The notes beneath the pieces were generated by a model. That model did no database searches, was not told the origin of the DNA, and saw only the letters and a program-made list of their open reading frames with translations. Positions 16,905 through 23,979 of a stretch of 23,979 nucleotides of DNA are shown here, piece after piece. The position numbers and the translations under genes were made by a program. Source of the DNA: Polyangiaceae bacterium (GTDB lineage Bacteria > Myxococcota_A > Polyangia > Polyangiales > Polyangiaceae); contig JANRKO010000067.1 in NCBI GenBank assembly GCA_033763455.1, forward strand, positions 1 through 23,979, given 5' to 3'. Position 1 is the first letter of the stretch, and each line of letters begins with the position of its first letter.

Positions 16905-17426
16905 ATGATGAACTCTCGCCCGAAACTTGAAATACCCAGGACCAAGCTAGAAAATGTGGTCCGGGCTCTGAGCACGGTCTGCACTGTTGGTTTGGATCTT
17001 TATGCGGTGATCGTTCGGCGTCGCCTGCCCGAAGTTGTGCCCACACATTTCGGGGTTAGCGGTATTCCGAACGCGTGGGGCCCCAAATGGATCCTGTTTC
17101 TGGTGCCCGCATTGGCCACTCTCGCGTACCTTGCCATGATGCTGGTGGAGCGAGTCCCGCACGCGTTTAACTACCCAGTCCAAGTTACCGCGGCAAATGC
17201 TCCGCGCCTCTACCTGATTGCTCGACGCTGGTTAGGCATTATTGACCTTATCTGCGTCGCTGCGTTCGGTGTTGCCTTCCTGGCGTTGGTCGGGAGCCCT
17301 CTTAACGCGGCTAAAGGCTTACCGGGTTGGTACGTTCTTGTTGTATCCGGTTCGCTCACGCTAGCTGCCGTCGCTATGGTAGTGTCCTTGCTCCGAGCAG
17401 GTGCGCGTTCTTCACGTGAGAGTTAG
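16905..17426 (+). CDS. DUF1648 domain membrane protein (SdpI-related)
   Basis: LPEVVPTHFGVSGIPNAWGPK signature, RPKLEIPRT N-terminus, FNYPV. Confidence 0.88.
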   Translation: MMNSRPKLEIPRTKLENVVRALSTVCTVGLDLYAVIVRRRLPEVVPTHFGVSGIPNAWGPKWILFLVPALATLAYLAMMLVERVPHAFNYPVQVTAANAPRLYLIARRWLGIIDLICVAAFGVAFLALVGSPLNAAKGLPGWYVLVVSGSLTLAAVAMVVSLLRAGARSSRES

Positions 17427-17539
17427 CGAGGGTCAGATTATGCGACGGATGGCTAACGGCTTGTGAGTGTCGTTAATCGTTGTCGGTGAGCCCCTGCGGA
17501 AGCCCAAGGGCTGCCCAAGCACGCCTGCCACTCGCGGCT

Positions 17540-18613
17540 TCAGAACTCCGGCGACCAGGGTTGCTCGGAGCCTCCGGGAGGGGTGACGAACAACTGTAAC
17601 GCTATGTAGGGGCCTTTGGCTTGGAAGTAGAGCACTCGAATTTTATGCTGTCCCTGGTCTAACGTCACGGTGTTTGATTTGCTGGTAAGAGCGTGCACGC
17701 CGTCGTTGTTGACAATCAATTTTCCATCAACCCAGAGTAGGGAACCATCGTCCGAAGCCAAACGGAACGCGTATTCGCCTTGGACCTTTACCGAGAAGCG
17801 GCCCACGTAGTCGAGGGCGAACCACTGAAATCTCTCGGAAACTCCAGGAAAACCGGAGGTAAACCGGCGTTTCGAGATATTCAAAGCGTTTGTGTACATG
17901 ATCCCTTCTGCGACGCACCTTTGAATAGAGACAAGGCTCTTGGTGCCTTCGGGCAAGGAACAGAGGCTACCTTTAAGAGCAGCTTTCGTGTTGCCACCAA
18001 AAACCCCGACGCCGCTCACGATAGGCAGGGCCCGCCTGTGCCCTCCTAAAGTACCGAGCCCGCCACCGTCGACTCTTGGCTTCCCTCGGTAAGGGCCGGG
18101 GTATTCTTGAGCCTCGGCTTCAGTTCGCCAGGCTTTGTCTAATAGAACGATTTGCTCATCGTTTGATCGTTCTGGTTGCGGTACGGGCGACCTCGGGAAT
18201 GGAGCTTCATCAGGCGAAGTTGTTCGGTCCTTCTCCGGAGCAGTCGGTGTTGTCATTGAAACTGGAGGTTGCTTCACAGGAGATTGCTTCACAGGAGGCT
18301 CACTGATCCAGCCTGTGAAGTGCCCGACCAACAGCGCGACGGCTGCTGCCGCAGCAAGGCTTGAAGCCAGGCGAAACATCCGAAGTGAGCGGGGCTGGCC
18401 CCGCCGAGCTGAAGCGGAGGGGCGCGGCGGTGCCTCCTGGGTTGCCTTCTGCCTTTCCCCCCAATCAAAAAGGCCTATTTCAACCCGGCTGAGTCGCAGC
18501 AAGGCTATAGCAGCCTGTGGCTCCGCTTCGATCAGGCGCTCAAGCTTCTTAGCAAGCTCGGGCCTCAAATTTTCGTCAAAGTAGCCTTGTAACGTTTCTG
18601 CAATTGCTTTCAT
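17540..18613 (-). CDS. Putative transmembrane anti-sigma factor with C-terminal PA14 domain
   Basis: Short helical N-terminus, single TM (LAAAAAVALLVG), Pro-rich linker, PA14 motifs GEYAFRLASDDGSLLWVDGKLIVNNDGVH and GQHKIRVLYFQ; ATGA overlap with the sigma gene. Confidence 0.82.
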   Translation of the reverse strand: MKAIAETLQGYFDENLRPELAKKLERLIEAEPQAAIALLRLSRVEIGLFDWGERQKATQEAPPRPSASARRGQPRSLRMFRLASSLAAAAAVALLVGHFTGWISEPPVKQSPVKQPPVSMTTPTAPEKDRTTSPDEAPFPRSPVPQPERSNDEQIVLLDKAWRTEAEAQEYPGPYRGKPRVDGGGLGTLGGHRRALPIVSGVGVFGGNTKAALKGSLCSLPEGTKSLVSIQRCVAEGIMYTNALNISKRRFTSGFPGVSERFQWFALDYVGRFSVKVQGEYAFRLASDDGSLLWVDGKLIVNNDGVHALTSKSNTVTLDQGQHKIRVLYFQAKGPYIALQLFVTPPGGSEQPWSPEF

Positions 18614-19131
18614 CGGTTGAGCCCTTCCAGCTGAGTTGAGACACATTCTGCCAAGCGCGCGCGAATTCGGTTGAGCGTCACGGAGATGGTGGACGGGGTG
18701 GCTTTCAGCTCGCGAGCAATCTCATTTACTGGCACCAATCTCCGGTAGCGCAGGTCCACAATCTGTGACCACTTGACCGGCAGCTTATCAATGCATTGAG
18801 CTAGGGCGGTTTCCTGGGAATCCCGGTTGGATACTTCAGAATCGAACGCCGCATCTACGACATCCAGCGCACGTTCGCTCAATGCCCAGCGTTTGCGCTC
18901 GCGTGCAATTTCTAAACACTTGCGGCGCGCCGTTTCTCGCGCGTACGCCCAGAAGGCATCGAGCTCCAGGCCTGCACCGATTCGATCCGTCAAAATTAGT
19001 GCCACTTCTTGAACGATGTCCTCCGCGAGAGCGCGGTCACGCAGAATGGTGAGCGCATACGCAAGCAACGCCTTTCGGTACGCTTGAATCAAATCGAGCT
19101 GGCACAGCTTCGGTTGGATGAATTCGTTCAC
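18610..19131 (-). CDS. ECF sigma factor (sigma70 family)
   Basis: LLAYALTILRDRALAEDIVQEV, FWAYARETARRK, region 4 ALAQCIDKLP...LRY...EIARELK...LNRIRARLAECV. Confidence 0.92.
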   Translation of the reverse strand: MNEFIQPKLCQLDLIQAYRKALLAYALTILRDRALAEDIVQEVALILTDRIGAGLELDAFWAYARETARRKCLEIARERKRWALSERALDVVDAAFDSEVSNRDSQETALAQCIDKLPVKWSQIVDLRYRRLVPVNEIARELKATPSTISVTLNRIRARLAECVSTQLEGLNR

Positions 19132-19315
19132 GCTAGAGAGTGCGCCCCAAGGTCGGATCTTAACCGAAAAACATGAAAGGGCTGAATCTCAGCCAAAATG
19201 GGGTGGGCTCGATCTGAGGTTTCCGGAGCAAAGCGACCGTAGGTCTGGGGGCCGGCTGTTGAAAGGAGACCTACTGGCAAAATTAGAGTCGTGCGGATCC
19301 GTAATCCACGGTTCG

Positions 19316-19370
19316 CTACCCGCCGATGTAAGACATCTCAATACGCCGACGTGGGCCCGTGTGTGAGGCG
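19316..19370 (-). repeat. moaA 3' end, second copy of the att-like direct repeat
   Basis: 52/55 identical to 14748-14802. Confidence 0.95.
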
Positions 19371-20314
19371 CGGATCTCCGAATATCGATCTCCCCGACGT
19401 AGCCACGTTTCTTCAATCAGCGCTCGAAGCTCCGCGTCCGTTTTGCCTGACCGGAGCCAGCTTTTGAGATCCAGCCCGCTGGTTGCGAATAAACACGTGT
19501 AGAATTTCCCCTCCGCACTCAAGCGCCCACGAGAGCACTGCCCGCAGAAAGGTTGGCTCACACTTGCAATCACCCCAACTTCACCTGTGCCGTCGCCATA
19601 GCTGAAGCGCTGAGCCACGCCGTCGGTAGCCGGGCGAATTTCCGTGAGGGTGCCTGTTGTTCTTAGTTTCTCCAGAATTTCTGCCTGAGTTACGACTTCA
19701 TCGAGGCGCCAACCGTTGGTGGTGCCCACATCCATGTACTCAATGAAACGCACCACGTGCCCGGTGCCTTTGAAGCGCTGCGCAATCGGCAGGATCTCTT
19801 GGTCGTTCACGCCGCGCTTCACTACCGTGTTGATCTTGATCGACCCGAACCCCGCCTTCTCAGCGGCTTTAATTCCAGCCAATACATCATTCGGCGTGTA
19901 GTTGGCGTCACACATCGCTTGGAACGTGATCGGATCCAGGGCATCCAGGCTCACGGTTACTCGATCCAAACCGGCTGCTTTCAGATCTGCTGCGTGTTTG
20001 GGTAAAAGCACGCCGTTGGTGGTGAGCGCCAAATCCAAGTCGCCGAGCTGGCGTAGCATTTGGATAAGGCGAGGCAATTCAGCACGAAGGAGCGGTTCAC
20101 CACCGGTTATCCGCACCTTGTGAACGCCGAGAGCCACACACTGAGCCGCTACGCGCGTGAGCTCCTCAAAACTGAGTACTTCACTCCGCGGGAGGAAACC
20201 AAAATCTTCCCCAAAGCGTTCGCGGGGCATGCAGTAGCGACAGCGAAAATTACAGCGATCCGTGACGCTGATGCGGAGGTCACGAAACGGGCGCTGCAGT
20301 TGGTCGGTGAGCAT
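19316..20314 (-). CDS. moaA: GTP 3',8-cyclase MoaA
   Basis: LRISVTDRCNFRCRYC radical-SAM motif, RITGGEPLLR, RFIEYMDVG, FCGQCSR..LSAEGKFYTCLF, C-terminal MSYIGG. Start set at MLTDQL. Confidence 0.97.
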   Translation of the reverse strand: MLTDQLQRPFRDLRISVTDRCNFRCRYCMPRERFGEDFGFLPRSEVLSFEELTRVAAQCVALGVHKVRITGGEPLLRAELPRLIQMLRQLGDLDLALTTNGVLLPKHAADLKAAGLDRVTVSLDALDPITFQAMCDANYTPNDVLAGIKAAEKAGFGSIKINTVVKRGVNDQEILPIAQRFKGTGHVVRFIEYMDVGTTNGWRLDEVVTQAEILEKLRTTGTLTEIRPATDGVAQRFSYGDGTGEVGVIASVSQPFCGQCSRGRLSAEGKFYTCLFATSGLDLKSWLRSGKTDAELRALIEETWLRRGDRYSEIRASHTGPRRRIEMSYIGG

Positions 20315-20336
20315 GGATCCGAAACGCGCTGGGTGT

Positions 20337-20924
20337 TCAGAAGGGTGTCGCCCCGGGACATTCACCGAGAGTGCCGTAGCCGACACCGTTGGCCGCAGCG
20401 GTGCAATCGCTCGCGTATGTTTTGCCGTCACAGCCACAAACCGGCGCGTAAATCTCGGTGCAAATCTGTGGGCGTTTCTTGCACGTGCTGGTGGCGTCTG
20501 CGGCACCGCAAGCTCCCACACCGGCGTAAGCGCAATATTCGTCTGCTGCGCACGTGTTTCCAGCCCTCGCTCCACACGGCGTGCCTGTGCCCGGTTCGAC
20601 GCACGCACGTTTGGTGCACCCGAGCACGCCGTTAGTGCAAACACAGGTATTACACCCGTCGGGAGACGGAATAGCGCTTGCACCATGCGCGTAGTCGACG
20701 CCATTCACCGAGCAGCTTTTGCCATTGCTCCCGCCGCTAGCGACCGCTCCCCCGGAGTTGCTGGTGCCTCCGGTGCCATTCTTAGCGCCTCCTATGCCCA
20801 TGGCTGCACCACCTGGGTCTTTGCTGGGAGCAGAGTCGAAGGAACCACCACACGCGATGAGCGTTGAAAGTGCACAAACAGCCGAGGCTGAGCAGACGAC
20901 ACAGGAACGCCGAAGACGAAACAT
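20337..20924 (-). CDS. Cys-rich lipoprotein with pacifastin/VWC-like and Kazal-type protease-inhibitor modules
   Basis: Lipobox LIAC, Gly/Ser linker, DGCNTCVCTNGVLGCTKRAC, and ICTEIYAPVCGCDGKTYASDC...GEC. Confidence 0.85.
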   Translation of the reverse strand: MFRLRRSCVVCSASAVCALSTLIACGGSFDSAPSKDPGGAAMGIGGAKNGTGGTSNSGGAVASGGSNGKSCSVNGVDYAHGASAIPSPDGCNTCVCTNGVLGCTKRACVEPGTGTPCGARAGNTCAADEYCAYAGVGACGAADATSTCKKRPQICTEIYAPVCGCDGKTYASDCTAAANGVGYGTLGECPGATPF

Positions 20925-21082
20925 GCGCGTAACTATAGCAAGCCTGTGCCCCTTGCGGGGTGGCAATCCATCCAGGCACATTTGAACGCGAAGGGGGCTC
21001 TTTTAGTGGGTTTTCCCGCCTTGGCCGCACTCGCCATGGAAACAGCTGTATTGTGCGCAAGCGGTGCTATGGTCCGCCCGAA

Positions 21083-21970
21083 GTGAAGCTCTACGATTTT
21101 GACGGTATCGACGATCGACTTTCCCTCATTCCGCTCGCTGCACGGCGAGCGCTCGATCACGCGGGCTTGAAGCTCTCGTTAGCTGCGTGGTCCAACCTCT
21201 CGTTGGAGAGCAGGCGGCAGATCACACGCGCGGGGAGTGCCGAGGAAGTGGAGTTAAGCGGCGTTGTTCCCCTAATCCGAGCGGCCACGCCTCCACCCGA
21301 AGTGATCGAGCCCGCGTTCGATCCTTCACCCGCAGAGGTTCCGCAAGCTGTAGTGGATGGATTTGGGGTTGAACGTCCTGTACCGCTCAGCGTCTGGTCA
21401 ACGCTACCTGCGCTCGAGAGGTATGCCCTGGCCAAGGTTGCGGCAAGCGGAAAACATGCGCGTATTCTCGCCGCTTACAAGGAATTGGTTGGACACAGTG
21501 CTGTCTCTACTCACCTTGCGCCCAAAGGTGGCGTTTGGATGGTGGATGTTTCCAAAAAGGACGCCACGCAGCGGCGTGCCGTTGCCGAGACACTCGTGTC
21601 AATGAATCGCGAGGCTTTTCAACGCTTGGTCCAGGCAGATACGCCCAAGGGCGATGTGCTTGGCACCGCTCGCCTGGCTGGCATTATGGGAGCCAAGCAG
21701 ACGAGCGTCTTGGTGCCCTTGTGCCATCCGGTGGCGCTCACGCGATTGGAAGTCCTGCTAGACGTGGAGGATTCGTCGCAGTCGGTGCGCATCCAGGCAA
21801 CCGTCGAAGCATTTGACCGCACGGGCGTCGAGATGGAGGCAATGACGGCGGCGTCCGTTGCCGCACTCACGGTGTACGATATGTTAAAGGCCTTCGATCA
21901 TTCGATGATCATCGGGCCCACGAGGCTCTTGGCCAAGTCGGGAGGAAGGTCTGGCGAGTTCGTAAGATGA
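21083..21970 (+). CDS. moaC: MoaC (cyclic pyranopterin monophosphate synthase) fused to an N-terminal nitrate-reductase-associated (NarM-like) domain
   Basis: C-terminal STHL...MVDVSKK, KGDVLGTARLAGIMGAK.TS.LVPLCHP, TGVEMEAM, TVYDMLKA, KSGGRSG. N-terminal IPLAARRALDHAGLKLSLAAW...W..L..LERYALAK. GTG start at 21083. Confidence 0.92.
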   Translation: MKLYDFDGIDDRLSLIPLAARRALDHAGLKLSLAAWSNLSLESRRQITRAGSAEEVELSGVVPLIRAATPPPEVIEPAFDPSPAEVPQAVVDGFGVERPVPLSVWSTLPALERYALAKVAASGKHARILAAYKELVGHSAVSTHLAPKGGVWMVDVSKKDATQRRAVAETLVSMNREAFQRLVQADTPKGDVLGTARLAGIMGAKQTSVLVPLCHPVALTRLEVLLDVEDSSQSVRIQATVEAFDRTGVEMEAMTAASVAALTVYDMLKAFDHSMIIGPTRLLAKSGGRSGEFVR

Positions 21971-22452
21971 CGCACTTCTGCGACATTCAAGATCAGCCGC
22001 TAGAGCTCGGAGAAGCGCTCTCGAAAGTAGAGGGTCCGGAGGTGGGCGGGGTATCGGTGTTTTTGGGCACCGTGCGTAACCACAGCGACGGTCGCGTGGT
22101 GACCCAGCTGGATTACGAGGCGTACCGCTCGATGGCCCTCAGCCAAATGCAGGCTATCTGCGACGAAATTGAGACTGAAATTCCAGGCGCACGGCTAGCC
22201 TGCGTGCACCGTGTGGGCAGCCTCAAAGTTGGGGACACCGCGATCATTTGCGCAGCTGGCACGCCACATCGCGGCGAAGCCTTCAAGGCGTGTCGTGCCC
22301 TCATCGATCGCATCAAGGAACGCGTACCGATCTGGAAGCGTGAACATGGACCCGATGGCCCTTATTGGGTTGGTTGGGAAGATGCACGATGCGTGGGGGG
22401 AGATGAGCACGGAGCGCACCAGCATTCGCACCGCCACCACCATGAAAGCTGA
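21967..22452 (+). CDS. moaE: Molybdopterin synthase catalytic subunit MoaE with His-rich tail
   Basis: GGVSVFLGTVRN, LDYEAY, HRVGSLKVGD, HRGEAF, IKERVPIWKRE; ATGA overlap with moaC. Confidence 0.95.
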   Translation: MTHFCDIQDQPLELGEALSKVEGPEVGGVSVFLGTVRNHSDGRVVTQLDYEAYRSMALSQMQAICDEIETEIPGARLACVHRVGSLKVGDTAIICAAGTPHRGEAFKACRALIDRIKERVPIWKREHGPDGPYWVGWEDARCVGGDEHGAHQHSHRHHHES

Positions 22453-22585
22453 GTCGTCGAAGGTGCTTGCTTCGGACTGGGTAACAAGTAGAGGCAGGCG
22501 TGGACTTGTAATGGGTCTGCGCGCCTCTAGTGAGCTCATCTCTCTTGCTCCGGCCAGAGCTGTGGGAAACACGGACCTGCGAAGG

Positions 22586-22975
22586 TCACCACACGCTTGA
22601 GGGGCCGAGAAAATCGTGAATTTTAGTATCCTTGGTCAATAAGGGAACACCAAGCAGCGTTGCGGTTGAAACGATGACGCGGTCAGCCGGGTCGGTGTGG
22701 TCCCAGGCCAAGCTCAAGCTATGCAACCAGATATCGGTTCCTACAGGAAGCAGCTTAACGACTCCACCCCTCTCGATTCGTGCGGCGAACTCCTCAATGG
22801 GAAGTGGCAATTCAAGCTTGCCGCGCCTGACCTTCACGCCCAGCTCCCAAACAGAAATCGCGCTCGCAAAACCGCCCTTGCGCTCCATCTCAGCCAACAC
22901 GTTCGACGCGGTAAGCGAGAGTTGCTGAGGATCGAGCGCCCACCACAAAAGCGCATGGGTATCCAGAACAATCAA
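22586..22975 (-). CDS. vapC: PIN-domain VapC toxin
   Basis: IVLDTHALLWW, SAISVWEL...K...GKL, HTDPADRVIVSTA, LLTKD. TTG start overlaps the antitoxin stop. Confidence 0.92.
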   Translation of the reverse strand: MIVLDTHALLWWALDPQQLSLTASNVLAEMERKGGFASAISVWELGVKVRRGKLELPLPIEEFAARIERGGVVKLLPVGTDIWLHSLSLAWDHTDPADRVIVSTATLLGVPLLTKDTKIHDFLGPSSVW

Positions 22976-23202
22976 GACTCGCTCCACTCGTCGCTGGTGG
23001 GCTCAAGAATATCGCCGCGATAGATCACCCGACCTCGAACGTCTGCAAAGAGGCTCGCCGTACTCACTCGACTTCGGATCGGCGTGATTTCAAGAACTGG
23101 ACGGTGGTTATCCGTCACGACCAGGGTCTCGCCCGTTTCCTCGACTCGGCGGAAATACTCCAACATTTTCGCCTTCAGCACGCTCTTCGACACGGTCCTC
23201 AT
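22972..23202 (-). CDS. Phd/YefM-family antitoxin
   Basis: MRTVSKSVLKAKMLEYFRRVEETGETLVVTDNHRPV, C-terminal GDILEP...W; immediately upstream of vapC. Confidence 0.9.
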   Translation of the reverse strand: MRTVSKSVLKAKMLEYFRRVEETGETLVVTDNHRPVLEITPIRSRVSTASLFADVRGRVIYRGDILEPTSDEWSES

Positions 23203-23208
23203 CGCTGA

Positions 23209-23237
23209 AGAATGACTCTGGTCATGACTAGCGTCAA
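23209..23237 (-). promoter_or_regulatory. Toxin-antitoxin promoter with tandem palindromic operator
   Basis: Minus strand TTGACG-17bp-CATTCT; ATGAC-N4-GTCAT (23212-23225) and TGAC-N4-GTCA (23225-23236) overlap it. Confidence 0.7.
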
Positions 23238-23410
23238 GGTTGTCTCTGCCCAATAAGGATCACGCCCTCGGGTGCGGCAGTCAGGGCTGGCACAGCTTGG
23301 GCCCATAGTGTGCCACGAGCGTAGCAACGCTTTGGCGAGCTTAGCGGCAATTGTGGGGAGTTTGCCCTAGGCATGCCGGTTGCAGCGTCACGGGCCAAGG
23401 AGCTCGCCCC

Positions 23411-23839
23411 ATGATTCTAGACAGCTGGCTATCGGCATTCAAATTCATCGTCCTTGGCAGCGTAATGTTCACCGCTTCGTGTGGAGGAACGTCGCAGAGC
23501 AGCGATACGGCGAGGTCCCAAGGGCCAGCAGGGCCCGATCACTCAGGGGTAGCCTCAGCTCCCAGCGGAGTACTGCCAGAAGGGTCACCCAGCCCGAGCA
23601 GCACGGCCTTCGGTGCGGCTCCACCGATGTTGTCAGCCGGAAGTGGTGGAGCGGCCGCCTTTTCACCCAACTCAGGCGTGTCAGTACCCGACGCCAACGC
23701 CGCAGCTGGACCCAATGCCGGTGACCAGTACCTGCCCGTTGGGACCAATCCGTTTGTTATCACTTCACATGATCCGCTTTCGACGTTCGGAGTCGATGTG
23801 GATACGGCCAGCTACGATCTATTCCGCCGCGATATTAAC
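23411..23839 (+). pseudogene. 5' fragment of a YfbK-like VWA-domain lipoprotein, interrupted near 23840
   Basis: Lipobox-like TASC, low-complexity linker, NPF...DPLSTFGVDVDTASY..RR motif; homology then ends abruptly and no VWA domain follows. Confidence 0.8.
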
Positions 23840-23979
23840 TTAGTTCTCATCCAGAAATGCTGCAAATCGCGATCTGGGGAGCGGTTGCTGGGTGTGATGG
23901 GACTGCGAGGTTAGCTTGAGTGGTCTCGAGACAGTGCTTATGTCGTCAAAGGGAGAATTTTCGAGACACGTGTGCCTGA
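23840..23979 (-). mobile_element. Probable IS end inserted into the YfbK-like gene
   Basis: A minus-strand frame is open from the window edge to ...RFAAFLDEN* with TAA at 23842-23840, exactly at the breakpoint. Family not identifiable. Confidence 0.5.

Larger units (their letters stand above)
14803..19315. mobile_element. ~4.5-kb genomic island bounded by moaA 3'-end direct repeats; no integrase visible
   Basis: Flanking 55-bp direct repeats, accessory gene content and several AT-richer stretches. Confidence 0.75.

Noticed and set aside
20315..20704. Long N-terminal extensions in the ORF track (MoaA from 20704; also carboxylase from 5499, GH63 from 10711, DUF2089 from 14555)
   Set aside because: They overlap better-supported neighbouring genes or repeats; family homology begins at the internal starts.
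20337..20924. Kazal protein as the cognate inhibitor of the S8 peptidase
   Set aside because: The genes are about 17 kb apart in unrelated contexts; no sequence evidence links them.
23941..23958. Loose inverted similarity to 156-171 suggesting one composite transposon spanning the window
   Set aside because: Needs gaps and mismatches over about 16 nt and does not lie at the 23840 breakpoint; likely chance.

Overview
GC-rich (~60% by eye) bacterial window, probably a myxobacterium (inferred from a MYXO-CTERM-like tail and a Cys-rich lipoprotein). Both ends run into probable insertion sequences. The core-like block (991-13271) holds an S8 peptidase, acyl-CoA carboxylase beta subunit, PDZ-TlpA redoxin, tRNA-Arg(ACG), a lipoprotein, a GH63-like glycosidase and a GT39/ArnT-like pair. 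A molybdenum-cofactor cluster (moaA, NarM-like::moaC fusion, moaE) and a Phd-VapC toxin-antitoxin pair follow. The main finding is that the last 55 bp of moaA are repeated 4.5 kb away (19316-19370 vs 14748-14802; 52/55 identical, all three differences synonymous Arg third positions). The repeats bracket an integrase-less island carrying a DUF2089 regulator, a Yip1-like gene, three DUF1648-related paralogues and an ECF sigma/PA14 anti-sigma pair, which suggests site-specific integration into moaA with gene restoration. Next to the displaced copy is a diverged second copy of the region upstream of the IS91/ISCR-like remnant at the window start. A candidate sigma54-driven structured RNA with repeated CUUA motifs lies at about 6278-6400. 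Family assignments come from motif recognition only; no searches were run.
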